A stretch of 64,000 nt of DNA from Candidatus Eiseniibacteriota bacterium (GTDB lineage: Bacteria; Eisenbacteria; RBG-16-71-46; JABDJR01), in the NCBI GenBank assembly GCA_963783375.1, contig CAWANH010000028.1:1664001-1728000 (forward strand), read 5' to 3'. A program made the position numbers and the translations under genes. A model generated the notes under the pieces. It saw only the letters and a list, made by a program, of their open reading frames with translations, did no database searches and was not told where the DNA came from. Below are positions 48,691 through 58,330 of this stretch, piece after piece (positions within the stretch are counted from its first letter, which is position 1; each line of letters begins with the position of its first letter).

Positions 48691-49497
48691 ATGCCCGCCG
48701 GAGACTTCCCGGGGGCCGAGTCCCATCCCCTGGACTACCCCGGGTCCCGGCCGCCCGGGAGCTACCTCTATGCCGCGGGCCGGGTCCATCCGTTCCGGCC
48801 GGGAGCGGGTGGAGCCGCGGGGATCGATCGCGCCGTCGCAGTTCGGGGCTCGGCGCCGGTGGCCGGGCGGGTCGCCGTCCTCGCCGTGGGATCCAACGCC
48901 TGTCCGGGCCGGCTCCTGGAGAAGTTCACCGCCGCGCCGGGGATGGTGATCCCGGTGCTCGCCGGCCGCATTCCGGAAGTGGCGTCGGTCCACATGCCGC
49001 GGCTCTCCGGGTACGCCGCGCTTCCCGCCACCGCCTGGCCTGTCCCCGGCGGCGAGAGCCGGCTCTGGGTCACCCTGCTCGACCCGGACCAGCTTTCGGT
49101 CATGGATGCGAGCGAGGGGGTGGGGGAGACCTACAAGCTGATCGCCCTCCCCGGGGCCTTCCGGCCCGAGGGGGGAGGCCGGGTCGGGCCGGTCTACGCC
49201 TATGCCTCGGGGAGCGCGCTCGCGATCGGCGGGGGACCGGTGCGCCTCTCGGCGTTCGAGAGCACCGCCCCATTCCCGGCCATGGACCAGCGCGAGGCGC
49301 TGGGACGGGCGCTGGATCTCGTGGGGGTGCTCCCCGGGCGACCGATCGAAGAGCGTCACCGCATGCTTCGCCTCGATCCCGGGCTCCGGAGCGAGGTGAC
49401 CGAGGGGCTTACCGCGGAACATGCAGCGCCCGCGCCCGGGTTCGAGAGCGTCCCGATCCGGCCGTCGGCGGTGGAGCCCGCGGCGTGGGAGGCATGA
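48691..49497 (+). CDS. hypothetical protein, possibly gamma-glutamylcyclotransferase-like fold
   Basis: VLAVGSNA and MDASEG..Y motifs resemble GGCT-like YGSN and LD..EG. Confidence 0.6.
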   Translation: MPAGDFPGAESHPLDYPGSRPPGSYLYAAGRVHPFRPGAGGAAGIDRAVAVRGSAPVAGRVAVLAVGSNACPGRLLEKFTAAPGMVIPVLAGRIPEVASVHMPRLSGYAALPATAWPVPGGESRLWVTLLDPDQLSVMDASEGVGETYKLIALPGAFRPEGGGRVGPVYAYASGSALAIGGGPVRLSAFESTAPFPAMDQREALGRALDLVGVLPGRPIEERHRMLRLDPGLRSEVTEGLTAEHAAPAPGFESVPIRPSAVEPAAWEA

Positions 49498-49538
49498 TCG
49501 CCGCATTCCTTGTGAACCGTATTGAGAAGGAGCAACTC

Positions 49539-50480
49539 ATGAATCAAACCTGTCTCGTCCTCGGCGCCACCGGAAGCTTCGGAGGCGGCGTGGCCGCGGA
49601 GATGGCCCGGCGCGGATGGACGGTCCGGGCCGTGGCCCGAAACCCGGAAAAGGGAAGGCGCATTCACGGCGATCTTCCCATCCAGTGGATCCAGGGCGAC
49701 GTCCAGGACCCCGAGGCGCTCCGTCGCGCGGCGGAAGGGGTCGGGGTGGTGGTCCACGGGGTGAACTACCCCTACGACCGGTGGGTCCCGGCCATGGAGA
49801 CCGCCACCGCCGGCATCGCCGCCGCGGCGGAGGGGGCGGGGGCGACGGTGGTCTTCGCCGGAAACGTCTACAACCTGGGGGACCAGCAGGACGGGCCGCT
49901 GGCCGAGGACGCTCCCCACCGACCCCATACCAGGAAGGGGAACCTCCGGGAGAAGCTGGAGCGGTTCCTGGAGGAGAAGGCGAGGACGGGGGCGATCCGC
50001 GTCCTGATCGTACGCGCCGGCGACTATTTCGGGCCCACGGTGCGAAACGGCCTGGTCGATCCGGTGTTCGGAAACGCGGCCAGGGGGAAAGGCATGCAGG
50101 TCCTGGGGAACCCCGACATCCCCCACCAGTGGGCCTACATCCCCGACGTGGCACGGGCCACGGTGGATCTCCTGGGCCGGGAACTCGAACCGTTCGAGGT
50201 CGTCCATTTCGCGGGTCACGTGGCCGATCCCAACCGGGAGTTCCTCCGGCGGGTGGCGGAGGCGGCGGGCCACCCGGGGCTTTCGATCCGGACCATCCCC
50301 TGGTGGGTGCTCCGGATCATGGCTCTAGGGAACGGGGTGATCCGGGAGCTTCTCGAGATGCGCTACCTCTTCGACCACAGCATCGTGCTCGACGGCGCGA
50401 GGCTCCGACGGCTGCTCCCCGACTACCGGGACACCCCGGTGGAGGAGACGATCCGGGCCACCCTGGCCAGCTACCGGTGA
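49539..50480 (+). CDS. NAD-dependent epimerase/dehydratase (atypical SDR)
   Basis: VLGATGSFG Rossmann motif; GNVY; RAGDYFGP; AYIPDVARA. Confidence 0.9.
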   Translation: MNQTCLVLGATGSFGGGVAAEMARRGWTVRAVARNPEKGRRIHGDLPIQWIQGDVQDPEALRRAAEGVGVVVHGVNYPYDRWVPAMETATAGIAAAAEGAGATVVFAGNVYNLGDQQDGPLAEDAPHRPHTRKGNLREKLERFLEEKARTGAIRVLIVRAGDYFGPTVRNGLVDPVFGNAARGKGMQVLGNPDIPHQWAYIPDVARATVDLLGRELEPFEVVHFAGHVADPNREFLRRVAEAAGHPGLSIRTIPWWVLRIMALGNGVIRELLEMRYLFDHSIVLDGARLRRLLPDYRDTPVEETIRATLASYR

Positions 50481-50508
50481 AGCGGCCGGGGCTCAGGTGG
50501 CCCGGTGA

Positions 50509-53157
50509 TCACCCTCCGCTCCTGCCCGGCAGGAAGAAGATGCTGTTCAGGAACAACCGGTTCAGCCCGTACCAGAACAGCCGGAAGTTGGGATCCTCGA
50601 CGTAGAGGACCACGTGGCCCCGCCCGCGGGGCTGGTCCACCAGGAACGGGCGGTTCACCAGCCGGTCTACCGCTTCCGGCGATGCGTACCCCGAGACCTT
50701 CGGCGACTCGGTGAACCAGGCCACATTGGTGCCGGGAGGCCCCAGCTCCAGCGCGCGGTTGGAAATCTTGAGCACGCGGGCCTCGGTGGTGTATCCGAAG
50801 CCCAGGGGCTGCCGGGGATCGACCCGCACCCGGAAGATCGTTCCAGGGAGCTCCTCCAGACGTTCCCGCCGCTCGCGCTCGGCCAGGGTTTCCAGCTTCC
50901 GCTCCCGGTCCCTGGCCTCGCGGTCCTCCTCGGAGAGTCCCTCGTCGCTCTCCAGGGGCGGCGCCTCCTTGATCTGGACCAGGGCGGCGTGATCGGCGTC
51001 GGCGAAGAACGCCCCGCCGCCGAGCCCCACGAACACCCCGCCCCGTTCCACCCACCGCCCGATGGTCGCCACCTGGGCGGAATCCAGCGCGGCGGCGTAT
51101 TCGCTTCCTCCCGCCTCGTCGTCCGGAAACACCAGCACGGTGTAGCGGGCCAGGCCGGATTCGGTGATCTGGGAGAGGGGTATGAGAGAGTGGGGAATGT
51201 CGTAGGCGCGGTCCAGCAGGAACCAGCACGCCCCCACCGAGGTGGGGGAGGCGGGAGCGTCGGCGATCACCGCCACCCGCGGCGTGTCCATGCGCTCCAC
51301 CCGAAAGCTTCCCAGATCGGGTCCCTCGTCGGTGAGCCCGGTTCCCACTCCGATCGCTTCCACGCCGTCCCGGGTTGCCGCCTCGTTCACCAGGTCCCCG
51401 AGGTCGGCGGGGTTCCCGTCCCGGAAGATGACAAGCGTTCCCGGATCGAACTTCCGCCCCGCCGCGGTGAACCCCCGGGTGGCGTAGTGGATGCGGACCC
51501 CCCGCTGGAGGAGTCGCGACGCGGCCCGGGCCGCCCCGTTCCGCCGCCAGGAGATGAGATAGGCGTAGCCGGCATCGGGATTCACCACCGCGCCCGCGGG
51601 TCGGGGGGCGGATTCCAGGAGCTCCAGGTTTCCGTCCACCGGCGCGTCGATCCAGTAGGCCTCGATGCCGAACGCCAGGGGGAGCGACCAGGCGCTCACG
51701 TCGTAGAAGAACGTGTCGGGGAGCGCGGTCTCCGGCTCCAGCACCGCGCGCAGGAAGCGGTTGAGGGGCTGGGAGAGCGGGACCACGTAGGTTCCCCGGG
51801 GGAGAGGGGTCGAGACCGGCGTCCCGTCGTAGGCGTGTACGCCGCGAGGGCTGATTTCTCCCGGCGTCCGGTAGACCTCGGCTCCGTGGGCCATGAGGAG
51901 ACCCACCAGCTCGGCGGTCCGGGGTGGATCCTCGCCGGGGGGGAAGAGGTACGCTCCGGGGGAATGGTCCCCGTCCGCCTCGAAGAAGCGGTGGAAGTCG
52001 AGGAGCCGCGCCTCGCGATTGGCCGCCGCCGTACGCACCGTGGCCAGGGCCGCGGCGTAATGGTGTTCCGCGCGGACGCCCAGGGTGAGGGTGTCGCCTC
52101 CGGCCCGGACCAGCGCGGTTCCCGCGAACCCGTGTCCCGCCTGCTCGTAGGTCATCCCGACCGCGCCGTGGAAGGTGGGCCAGGAATCCCCGTAGCCCGG
52201 ATAGTAGAGATCGAAGGCCTCGCCGGTGTAGTACGCCCAGCCGCGGGCATCGAACGCGGCCGCATTCCCCCGGCCGAAGATGTCCGCCCACTTGAGGACC
52301 TGCTCCGGGAACTCGGGATGGATGGGCCGCTCGGGGGGGAAGAAGAAGTAGGTGCTTCCCGCGTACATCTCGTGGAAGTCCACGTGGACCTGGGGCCGCC
52401 AGGCCAGGTACGTCGCCGCGCGGGCCCGGGTTTCCCGCTGGGTGAGCCAGGCCCAGTCCCGGTTCAGGTCGAAGAGGTAGTGGTTGTATCGTCCGCCGGG
52501 CCAGGGCTGATGGTGCTCGCGGCCGGCGGGGAAGGGATCGGGGCTCTTTCCGGTCACCCCCTCGATCCAGTTCACGAAGCGGTCGCGCCCGTCGGGGTTC
52601 AGGCAGGGGTCCACCAGGACCACGGTCTCGTCCAGGAGCTTCCGGATTTGGGGGTCGCGGTCCGCGGCCAGCCGGTAGACCAGGGCCATCGCCGCCTCGC
52701 TTCCCGAGGCCTCGTCGCCGTGGATGTTGAAGGAGAGCCAGACCGCCACCGGGAGGTCCCGCGACAGCCCCCGCGCCTCGGCTGAAGAGGTCTCCCGTGG
52801 ATCGGCCAGCCGGGCGTATGACCTCTGGAGCTCTGCGGCGCGGGATAGGTTACCCGGATCGGAGACGGTGACGAGGAGGAGCGGGCGCTCCTCGTAGGTC
52901 TTCCCGTACTCCTGGATCTCCACGCGGTCCGAGGCTGCGGCCACCGCCCTGAGGTAATCCACCAGCCGGTGATGCGGGGTGAACTGCGTCCCCAGCGCGT
53001 AGCCGAGGTAGGACCGGGGGGAGGGGACGGCGGGGTCGAGATCGCCTTCACCGTAGAAGGGGGTCGCCGCCCGCGCCTCCACAGCGGCCAGGGCCGGGCC
53101 GAGGAGCAGGAGCGCGACTAGAGCCGGGAGCCCTCGGGAAAGGGCGAATCGAATCAT
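50509..53157 (-). CDS. M14 family zinc carboxypeptidase, secreted, with a C-terminal GATase-like domain
   Basis: IHGDE, NPDG, DLNRD, DFHEM Zn/substrate motifs; signal peptide. Confidence 0.93.
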   Translation of the reverse strand: MIRFALSRGLPALVALLLLGPALAAVEARAATPFYGEGDLDPAVPSPRSYLGYALGTQFTPHHRLVDYLRAVAAASDRVEIQEYGKTYEERPLLLVTVSDPGNLSRAAELQRSYARLADPRETSSAEARGLSRDLPVAVWLSFNIHGDEASGSEAAMALVYRLAADRDPQIRKLLDETVVLVDPCLNPDGRDRFVNWIEGVTGKSPDPFPAGREHHQPWPGGRYNHYLFDLNRDWAWLTQRETRARAATYLAWRPQVHVDFHEMYAGSTYFFFPPERPIHPEFPEQVLKWADIFGRGNAAAFDARGWAYYTGEAFDLYYPGYGDSWPTFHGAVGMTYEQAGHGFAGTALVRAGGDTLTLGVRAEHHYAAALATVRTAAANREARLLDFHRFFEADGDHSPGAYLFPPGEDPPRTAELVGLLMAHGAEVYRTPGEISPRGVHAYDGTPVSTPLPRGTYVVPLSQPLNRFLRAVLEPETALPDTFFYDVSAWSLPLAFGIEAYWIDAPVDGNLELLESAPRPAGAVVNPDAGYAYLISWRRNGAARAASRLLQRGVRIHYATRGFTAAGRKFDPGTLVIFRDGNPADLGDLVNEAATRDGVEAIGVGTGLTDEGPDLGSFRVERMDTPRVAVIADAPASPTSVGACWFLLDRAYDIPHSLIPLSQITESGLARYTVLVFPDDEAGGSEYAAALDSAQVATIGRWVERGGVFVGLGGGAFFADADHAALVQIKEAPPLESDEGLSEEDREARDRERKLETLAERERRERLEELPGTIFRVRVDPRQPLGFGYTTEARVLKISNRALELGPPGTNVAWFTESPKVSGYASPEAVDRLVNRPFLVDQPRGRGHVVLYVEDPNFRLFWYGLNRLFLNSIFFLPGRSGG

Positions 53158-53440
53158 GGATCCTGGGTTCCTTTCCGGTCGTCCCGCCGGGATGGGTCAC
53201 ACGGGCGGCAACCGGCCAGAAGATAGCAGGTTAGATGGGCTTTGGGGCAGGGGGATCCGGGCCTGGATTATCGTTGGGACAAATCCCCACCCTATGGCAT
53301 AATGTCCGTGTTTCGCCCTGGTACGACCGAGTTTGCCGTTCCCGACGGACATATCGGGGCCGGCTTGACCTCGATTCCGGGGCAGCCCAAACGGGTTTGC
53401 GGAAGGCCCTCAACCGCACGGTTCGAAACGCATAATTAAT

Positions 53441-53471
53441 TTATGCACAGGCTGTTAGTCTTTGTGGAGAA
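53441..53471. promoter_or_regulatory. inverted pair of DnaA-box-like sites (TTATGCACA; TTCTCCACA on minus)
   Basis: First matches TTWTNCACA exactly; second has one mismatch; upstream of the mraZ promoter. Confidence 0.45.
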
Positions 53472-53498
53472 GAATCTCCTGAAAGCAGGTGATTTACG

Positions 53499-53527
53499 TT
53501 GACTCCCTCTCTCCGCTTGAGTATTTT
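53499..53527 (+). promoter_or_regulatory. sigma70-type dcw promoter TTGACT-N17-TATTTT
   Basis: Near-consensus -35, 17-nt spacer, ~95 nt upstream of mraZ. Confidence 0.55.
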
Positions 53528-53621
53528 CAGCTGTGGAGACCGTTCCCAAATCTGACCAACCGAAGGCGCGGCGGACGGGCTGCGGCGCTGCCTCGGGGTC
53601 GGGGGACGGTCGGGGGCGAGA

Positions 53622-54200
53622 GTGGTGGATCTGTTCATTGGGAAATCGGAGTGTGCCGTCGATGAGAAACGACGGTTCAGCCTGCCTCCCAAGTACCGTC
53701 CGCTCTTCGGGGCGGATGCCTCGCCCTCCGGCTATACCCACCAGGTCGTGGTGCTCCCGTGGTACGGGGGGGCGCTGGCGGTCCTGCCGGTCAAGCGCTG
53801 GCAGGAGATCGAGACCCGTCTCCTGCTCATGGAATACACGACCCCCGACTTTCTCGAAGCCAAGCGGCAATGTCTTTCGCGCATGGAGTACGCGCGCACC
53901 GACCCCGAGGGCAGGTTGCTGCTCTCCGCCGACCATCACCTCTGGCTGCGCTTGAATCCCAAGGGCAAGGACAAGCTGACGGCGGTGGGAGTGGGTCAAC
54001 ACCTGGAACTCTGGAACGCGGCGGAATGGGCGGAGGTGGAGCGCACCGGCAAGAACCCGGCCTCCCGGCCCGCCGCCGACGTGGAATACGACAAGCAGCT
54101 CGAGGTTCTCATGCGGGCGGCCCTGGAAAAGCAGGAACGGGTCGGGGCCGCCGCCGCCCGCTCGGTCGAATCGACCGGCGAGCTTCCGGACACGGATTAA
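53622..54200 (+). CDS. mraZ: division/cell-wall cluster transcriptional repressor MraZ
   Basis: FIG...VDEKRR..LP..YR; DPEGRL; VGVG.HLELW; first gene of the dcw cluster. Confidence 0.88.
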   Translation: MVDLFIGKSECAVDEKRRFSLPPKYRPLFGADASPSGYTHQVVVLPWYGGALAVLPVKRWQEIETRLLLMEYTTPDFLEAKRQCLSRMEYARTDPEGRLLLSADHHLWLRLNPKGKDKLTAVGVGQHLELWNAAEWAEVERTGKNPASRPAADVEYDKQLEVLMRAALEKQERVGAAAARSVESTGELPDTD

Positions 54201-54545
54201 GAGGCGTCCCGCCGCTCGGCCGGCCCCGAAGGAGGGCTCGGGGCAGGCCGGAGGCGGGACGCCGTGGACAGGGCGTCCGGCGCCCCGCGGCACCCGACCG
54301 CGCTGGGAGGCTGTGGGGTGGCCGGACGAGTATCGCGCCGAGCCGCGCGGGATCCAGATCGCGCGACACGGGCGGGACCGGGCAGTTGGACGGGTCCGGG
54401 CCCGCGGACGGCGAGGGGACCTCTGGGCGGGTCCGGGAGCCGTCTACGGAGGCCGGACCCCATGGTGTTCGGACCTCGGCCGCCGGTTTCGGCGCCGGTT
54501 GGAACGACAATGCGGCCCCGCGCCGCGTGACAATGAGGAGGGCGC

Positions 54546-54938
54546 ATGCTCCGGACCGACCGGTCCAACGAAGGACGTATCTGTCTCTTGGGACTGGAGG
54601 GCAGTCTCACGAGTTCCGATCTCGTCAACCTCGCGGGGCGGCTTCGCGGGCTGGCGGCCCGGGGCATGTTGCGGGTGGTGGTGGATCTGCGCGAAGTGGA
54701 TCACTGGGATTTCCGCGGCCTCAAGTGCCTCGCCGAGGCGGTGGACCATCGTCGCCGGACGGGGTGCTCGACCGCGTTCATCACTTCCGACCGCTACCTG
54801 CGCGACATCGCCGCCGCGGTGGGGGTGGCCGACGGGCTCGACTTCTACGACGAGCTTCGGGTGGAGAACGAGATCGAAACCCTGCCGCTGGTGCTCACCG
54901 AGCCGGTGGGCGGGATCGCGGAGCTCAAGCGGGCCTGA
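54546..54938 (+). CDS. STAS domain protein (anti-sigma factor antagonist-like)
   Basis: GAGGAGG SD; LEGSL...VVVDLREVDHWDFRGL...L STAS pattern. Confidence 0.8.
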   Translation: MLRTDRSNEGRICLLGLEGSLTSSDLVNLAGRLRGLAARGMLRVVVDLREVDHWDFRGLKCLAEAVDHRRRTGCSTAFITSDRYLRDIAAAVGVADGLDFYDELRVENEIETLPLVLTEPVGGIAELKRA

Positions 54939-54982
54939 TCGTCGGTCGTGGGACCGGCGGTGCGGGACCCGGAGGGGGTGAG

Positions 54983-55900
54983 GTGGCCGGAGCTTTCTAT
55001 CACGAGCCGGTGCTCGTGGAGGAGGTTCTCGCCGTCTGGGTCACCGATCCGCGGGGGAGGTATCTGGACGGGACGATCGGCGGCGGAGGGCACGCCGACC
55101 ATCTCCTGTCCCGCTATCCCCAGGCCGAGCTGATCGGCCTCGATCGGGACCCCGAGGCGCTGGAGGCGGCAAGACGGCGCCTCGCACCCCATGCCGGGCG
55201 CGTGGATCTTCACCGGGCGGATTTCGCGGACATGGAGGACGTTCTCGCTGAAGTGGGCGGACCCGCGCCGGCGGGCGTCCTTCTTGATCTGGGCGTCTCG
55301 AGCCGACAGCTCGACGACCCAGGACGCGGGTTCTCCTATCTCGCCGAGGGACCGCTCCGGCTGACGCTGGACCGGGAGGCGACGCGGGGGGCGGCCGAAC
55401 TACTGGCCGACATCGAGGAGGGCGAGTTGAAGCGGATCTTTCGCGAGCTGGGGGAGCTGCCGGGGGCCGGCCGAGCCGCGCACGCGGTGGTTGAGGCCAG
55501 GCGCCGGCATCCCCTCGACACGACGTCCCGGCTCGTGGACGCCCTTCGCTCCGGCGGGGTGGGAAGCCCCCGCCGACTTTCCCAGGCTTTCCAGGCATTG
55601 CGCCTGGCCGTGAACGACGAGCTGGGTTCCCTGCGCCGGGGCCTCGACGCTTCCGCCCGCGTGCTTCCGCCGGGGGGCGCCCTGGCGGTGATCTCCTTCG
55701 AGAGCCTCATGGACCGGATGGTGAAGCACACCTTCCGCCCGCCCCGCCTGGACCGGCCGCTCCCCGGGGTTCCCGATCCCGAGCCCCGGTGGGAGCTCCT
55801 CACCCGCAAGGCGGTGCGGCCCGGATCCGGGGAGCTCGCCGGAAATCCCCGTTCCCGCAGCGCGCGGCTCCGCGCGGCGAAAAGGACGGCCCATGCTTGA
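54983..55900 (+). CDS. rsmH: 16S rRNA m4C1402 methyltransferase RsmH (MraW)
   Basis: HEPVL, DGTIGGGGH, DLGVSSRQLD...RGFS, FQALR.AVN.EL, NPRSRSARLR. Confidence 0.96.
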   Translation: MAGAFYHEPVLVEEVLAVWVTDPRGRYLDGTIGGGGHADHLLSRYPQAELIGLDRDPEALEAARRRLAPHAGRVDLHRADFADMEDVLAEVGGPAPAGVLLDLGVSSRQLDDPGRGFSYLAEGPLRLTLDREATRGAAELLADIEEGELKRIFRELGELPGAGRAAHAVVEARRRHPLDTTSRLVDALRSGGVGSPRRLSQAFQALRLAVNDELGSLRRGLDASARVLPPGGALAVISFESLMDRMVKHTFRPPRLDRPLPGVPDPEPRWELLTRKAVRPGSGELAGNPRSRSARLRAAKRTAHA

Positions 55901-56285
55901 TCTCAGATCTCTTCGCGCGCGGACCCGGCGCCCCCGGTTCGGATCCACGCTCCTGTTGTGGGTGGGCGGCTTCACCCTGGTGATCCTCTTCGTCTGGGAG
56001 CAGGCGTCGGTGGACCGGCTCCTGGTCCGGCTCGAGGCGGCCGGGCAAATCCATGACGACCTCCAGACCAAGGTCAGCTCGCTCAGCCTCGAGGCGAACC
56101 GGCTCTCCAGCCTGGTGCAGGTGGAGAGTCGCGCCCGCGAGGAACTGGGGCTCCGTCGCCCCGCGACCGACGAGATCGTCCAGCTCGACTTCGAGGCGCC
56201 CGATCTCAGGGATCAGCATTTCGCCCTCGGCACCATCGTGCCCGACGCCAACGCCGCGGTGAGGCCGGAGGACGATCTCCGATGA
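55893..56285 (+). CDS. ftsL: cell division protein FtsL
   Basis: Single TM plus coiled coil; VESRAREELGL..P; between rsmH and ftsI. Confidence 0.85.
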   Translation: MLDLRSLRARTRRPRFGSTLLLWVGGFTLVILFVWEQASVDRLLVRLEAAGQIHDDLQTKVSSLSLEANRLSSLVQVESRAREELGLRRPATDEIVQLDFEAPDLRDQHFALGTIVPDANAAVRPEDDLR

Positions 56286-58327
56286 TCCGCCGCGCCTCCA
56301 CGACCCGGATCAACCTCGTGGCGGCGCTCGGAATCCTCCCCCTGGTGGTGGTGCTCTTCCGCGTGGGGTGGCTCCAGGGAGTGAGGGGCGCGGACCTCCG
56401 TGCCCGGGCCGATTCCCAGCACGAGTTCCGGGTGCGGATCCCTCCCCATCGGGGCGCGATCAACGATCGGAACGGCGATCCCCTGGCCTACACCATGACC
56501 AACTACTCCATCGTGGCCGATCCCTCCCGGGTCACCGATCCCGCCAAGACCGCGCGCACCCTGGCCTCGGCCCTCAAGACCTCCCCCGCCCGCATCGAGA
56601 AGCTGTTGCGCACCAAGCGCCGGGAGGTGTACCTGGAGCGCAGGGTCACCCCCATGCTCGACCGCAAGGTGGACATCGAGAGCCTGCCCGGGATCAGCGA
56701 GCGCATCGAGCTGAAGCGGGTCTACCCCCAGGGGGAGTTCACCGCCCACGTGGTCGGGTTCGTGGACGCGGAAGGCGAGGGGATGGCGGGGATCGAGGCC
56801 GAGTACGACGGCGCGCTCCGGGGCCAGCCGGGCTGGGCCACCGAGCTTCGGGACGGGCGTGGGAACTCCTACCAGGCGCTGGGCCGCCGTCACAAGCCGG
56901 CGAGACCCGGCCACGACGTCGCGCTCACCATCGACTCCGCCCTCCAGGACGTGGCCGCCTCCGAGCTTCGCCGCCAGGTGGAGAAGCTGGACGCCAAGGG
57001 CGGAGTGTTCGTGGCGGTGGACCCCAAGACCGGGGAAATCCTGGCCATGGTGTCCTGGCCGTCCTACGACCCCGAGCAGGTCCGGCGGGCCGACCGCAAC
57101 AACCTGAGGAACCGGGTCATCGTGGATCCCTACGAGCCGGGGTCCACCTTCAAGGTGGTGGCCGCCTGCACCGCGCTCAAGGACCACCTCCTGGAACCGG
57201 GAACCCCGATCGATTGCGAGGAGGGCCGGTACAACTTCGGCGGCTACGTCATCACCGATCACCATCCCTACGGCATCGAGACCTTCCGCCACGCCTTCGC
57301 GGTGAGCAGCAATATCGCGTTCGCCAAGGTCGGCAACCTCTGCGGCTCCCGCCTCTACGACATGGCCCGGGCCTTCGGCTTCGGGAGCGCCACCGGGATC
57401 AGCCTTCCCGGCGAATCCTCCGGCATCCTCCACGACCCGAGCCGGTGGTCCAAACGCTCCGCGGCCACCCAGGCCATCGGCTACGAGGTCATGGTCACCC
57501 CGCTGCAACTGGTGATGGCCTACGCCGCGGTGGCCAACGACGGCGTGCTCATGCGGCCCCAGATGATCAAGGCCATTACCGACGGGGACGGGCGCGTGGT
57601 CTACCACAGCCGCCCCGAACCGGTGCGGCGGATCCTGGATCCCGCCGACGCCAGGACCATGCGGGGCTTCATGCGGGAGGTGATGGTCGACGGCACCGGG
57701 AGCGGGGTGGACCTCGACTGGATCAAGGTGGGGGGAAAGACCGGCACCTCCGAGAAGCTCGTGGACGGACGCTACACCGGGTCCAAGCACTACGCCTCCT
57801 TCGTGGGGATGGCGCCCATCGACGATCCCCGGATCGTCTGCCTGGTCATGATCGATGAACCGCGGGGTTCCACCTTCGGCGCCTCGGCGGCCGCCCCGGT
57901 CTTCCGCGAGGTGCTCGACGCCTCGGGGCGCCTCCCCGGAGCCCTCCTGGCCCCCGACTACGCCACCGTGCGGGTGGGCCGGGAGGCGGGGCGCCGGAAC
58001 CTCCTTCTCCCCGACACGCTGGAGGCGTGGGACGACGGTCTCCAGGTGGCCCTCACCCCCTCGCCGGACGAGGGAACCCCGGACGTGCGTGGACTCTCGC
58101 TCCGCCGCGCCCTCCTGCTGCTCCGGGCCTACGGGGTCGACGCGAAGGTGTCGGGAAGCGGCCGGGTGCAGAGACAGGTTCCGCCTCCGGGGAGTTCCCT
58201 GGACGGCGTGGTTGAGCTTTCGTGCGGAGAATCCGGGGCGGGGGTCACCGTGGCCGCGCCGGATCAGGCGGTGAACCTGAGCGAGCGTGCGGATCGGCGG
58301 AGCCGGAGCCGGACGGGGCTTCGCTGA
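56282..58327 (+). CDS. ftsI: class B penicillin-binding protein FtsI (PBP3) with PASTA domain
   Basis: RGAI.DRNG, RVYPQG, YEPGSTFK (SxxK), SSN, KTGT. Confidence 0.95.
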   Translation: MIRRASTTRINLVAALGILPLVVVLFRVGWLQGVRGADLRARADSQHEFRVRIPPHRGAINDRNGDPLAYTMTNYSIVADPSRVTDPAKTARTLASALKTSPARIEKLLRTKRREVYLERRVTPMLDRKVDIESLPGISERIELKRVYPQGEFTAHVVGFVDAEGEGMAGIEAEYDGALRGQPGWATELRDGRGNSYQALGRRHKPARPGHDVALTIDSALQDVAASELRRQVEKLDAKGGVFVAVDPKTGEILAMVSWPSYDPEQVRRADRNNLRNRVIVDPYEPGSTFKVVAACTALKDHLLEPGTPIDCEEGRYNFGGYVITDHHPYGIETFRHAFAVSSNIAFAKVGNLCGSRLYDMARAFGFGSATGISLPGESSGILHDPSRWSKRSAATQAIGYEVMVTPLQLVMAYAAVANDGVLMRPQMIKAITDGDGRVVYHSRPEPVRRILDPADARTMRGFMREVMVDGTGSGVDLDWIKVGGKTGTSEKLVDGRYTGSKHYASFVGMAPIDDPRIVCLVMIDEPRGSTFGASAAAPVFREVLDASGRLPGALLAPDYATVRVGREAGRRNLLLPDTLEAWDDGLQVALTPSPDEGTPDVRGLSLRRALLLLRAYGVDAKVSGSGRVQRQVPPPGSSLDGVVELSCGESGAGVTVAAPDQAVNLSERADRRSRSRTGLR

Positions 58328-58330
58328 GGG

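Noticed and set aside
53425-53451. GAAACGCATAA-TTAAT-TTATGCACAGG as a dif site
   Set aside because: 5-nt spacer, poor XerD arm, and better explained as a DnaA box in a promoter region
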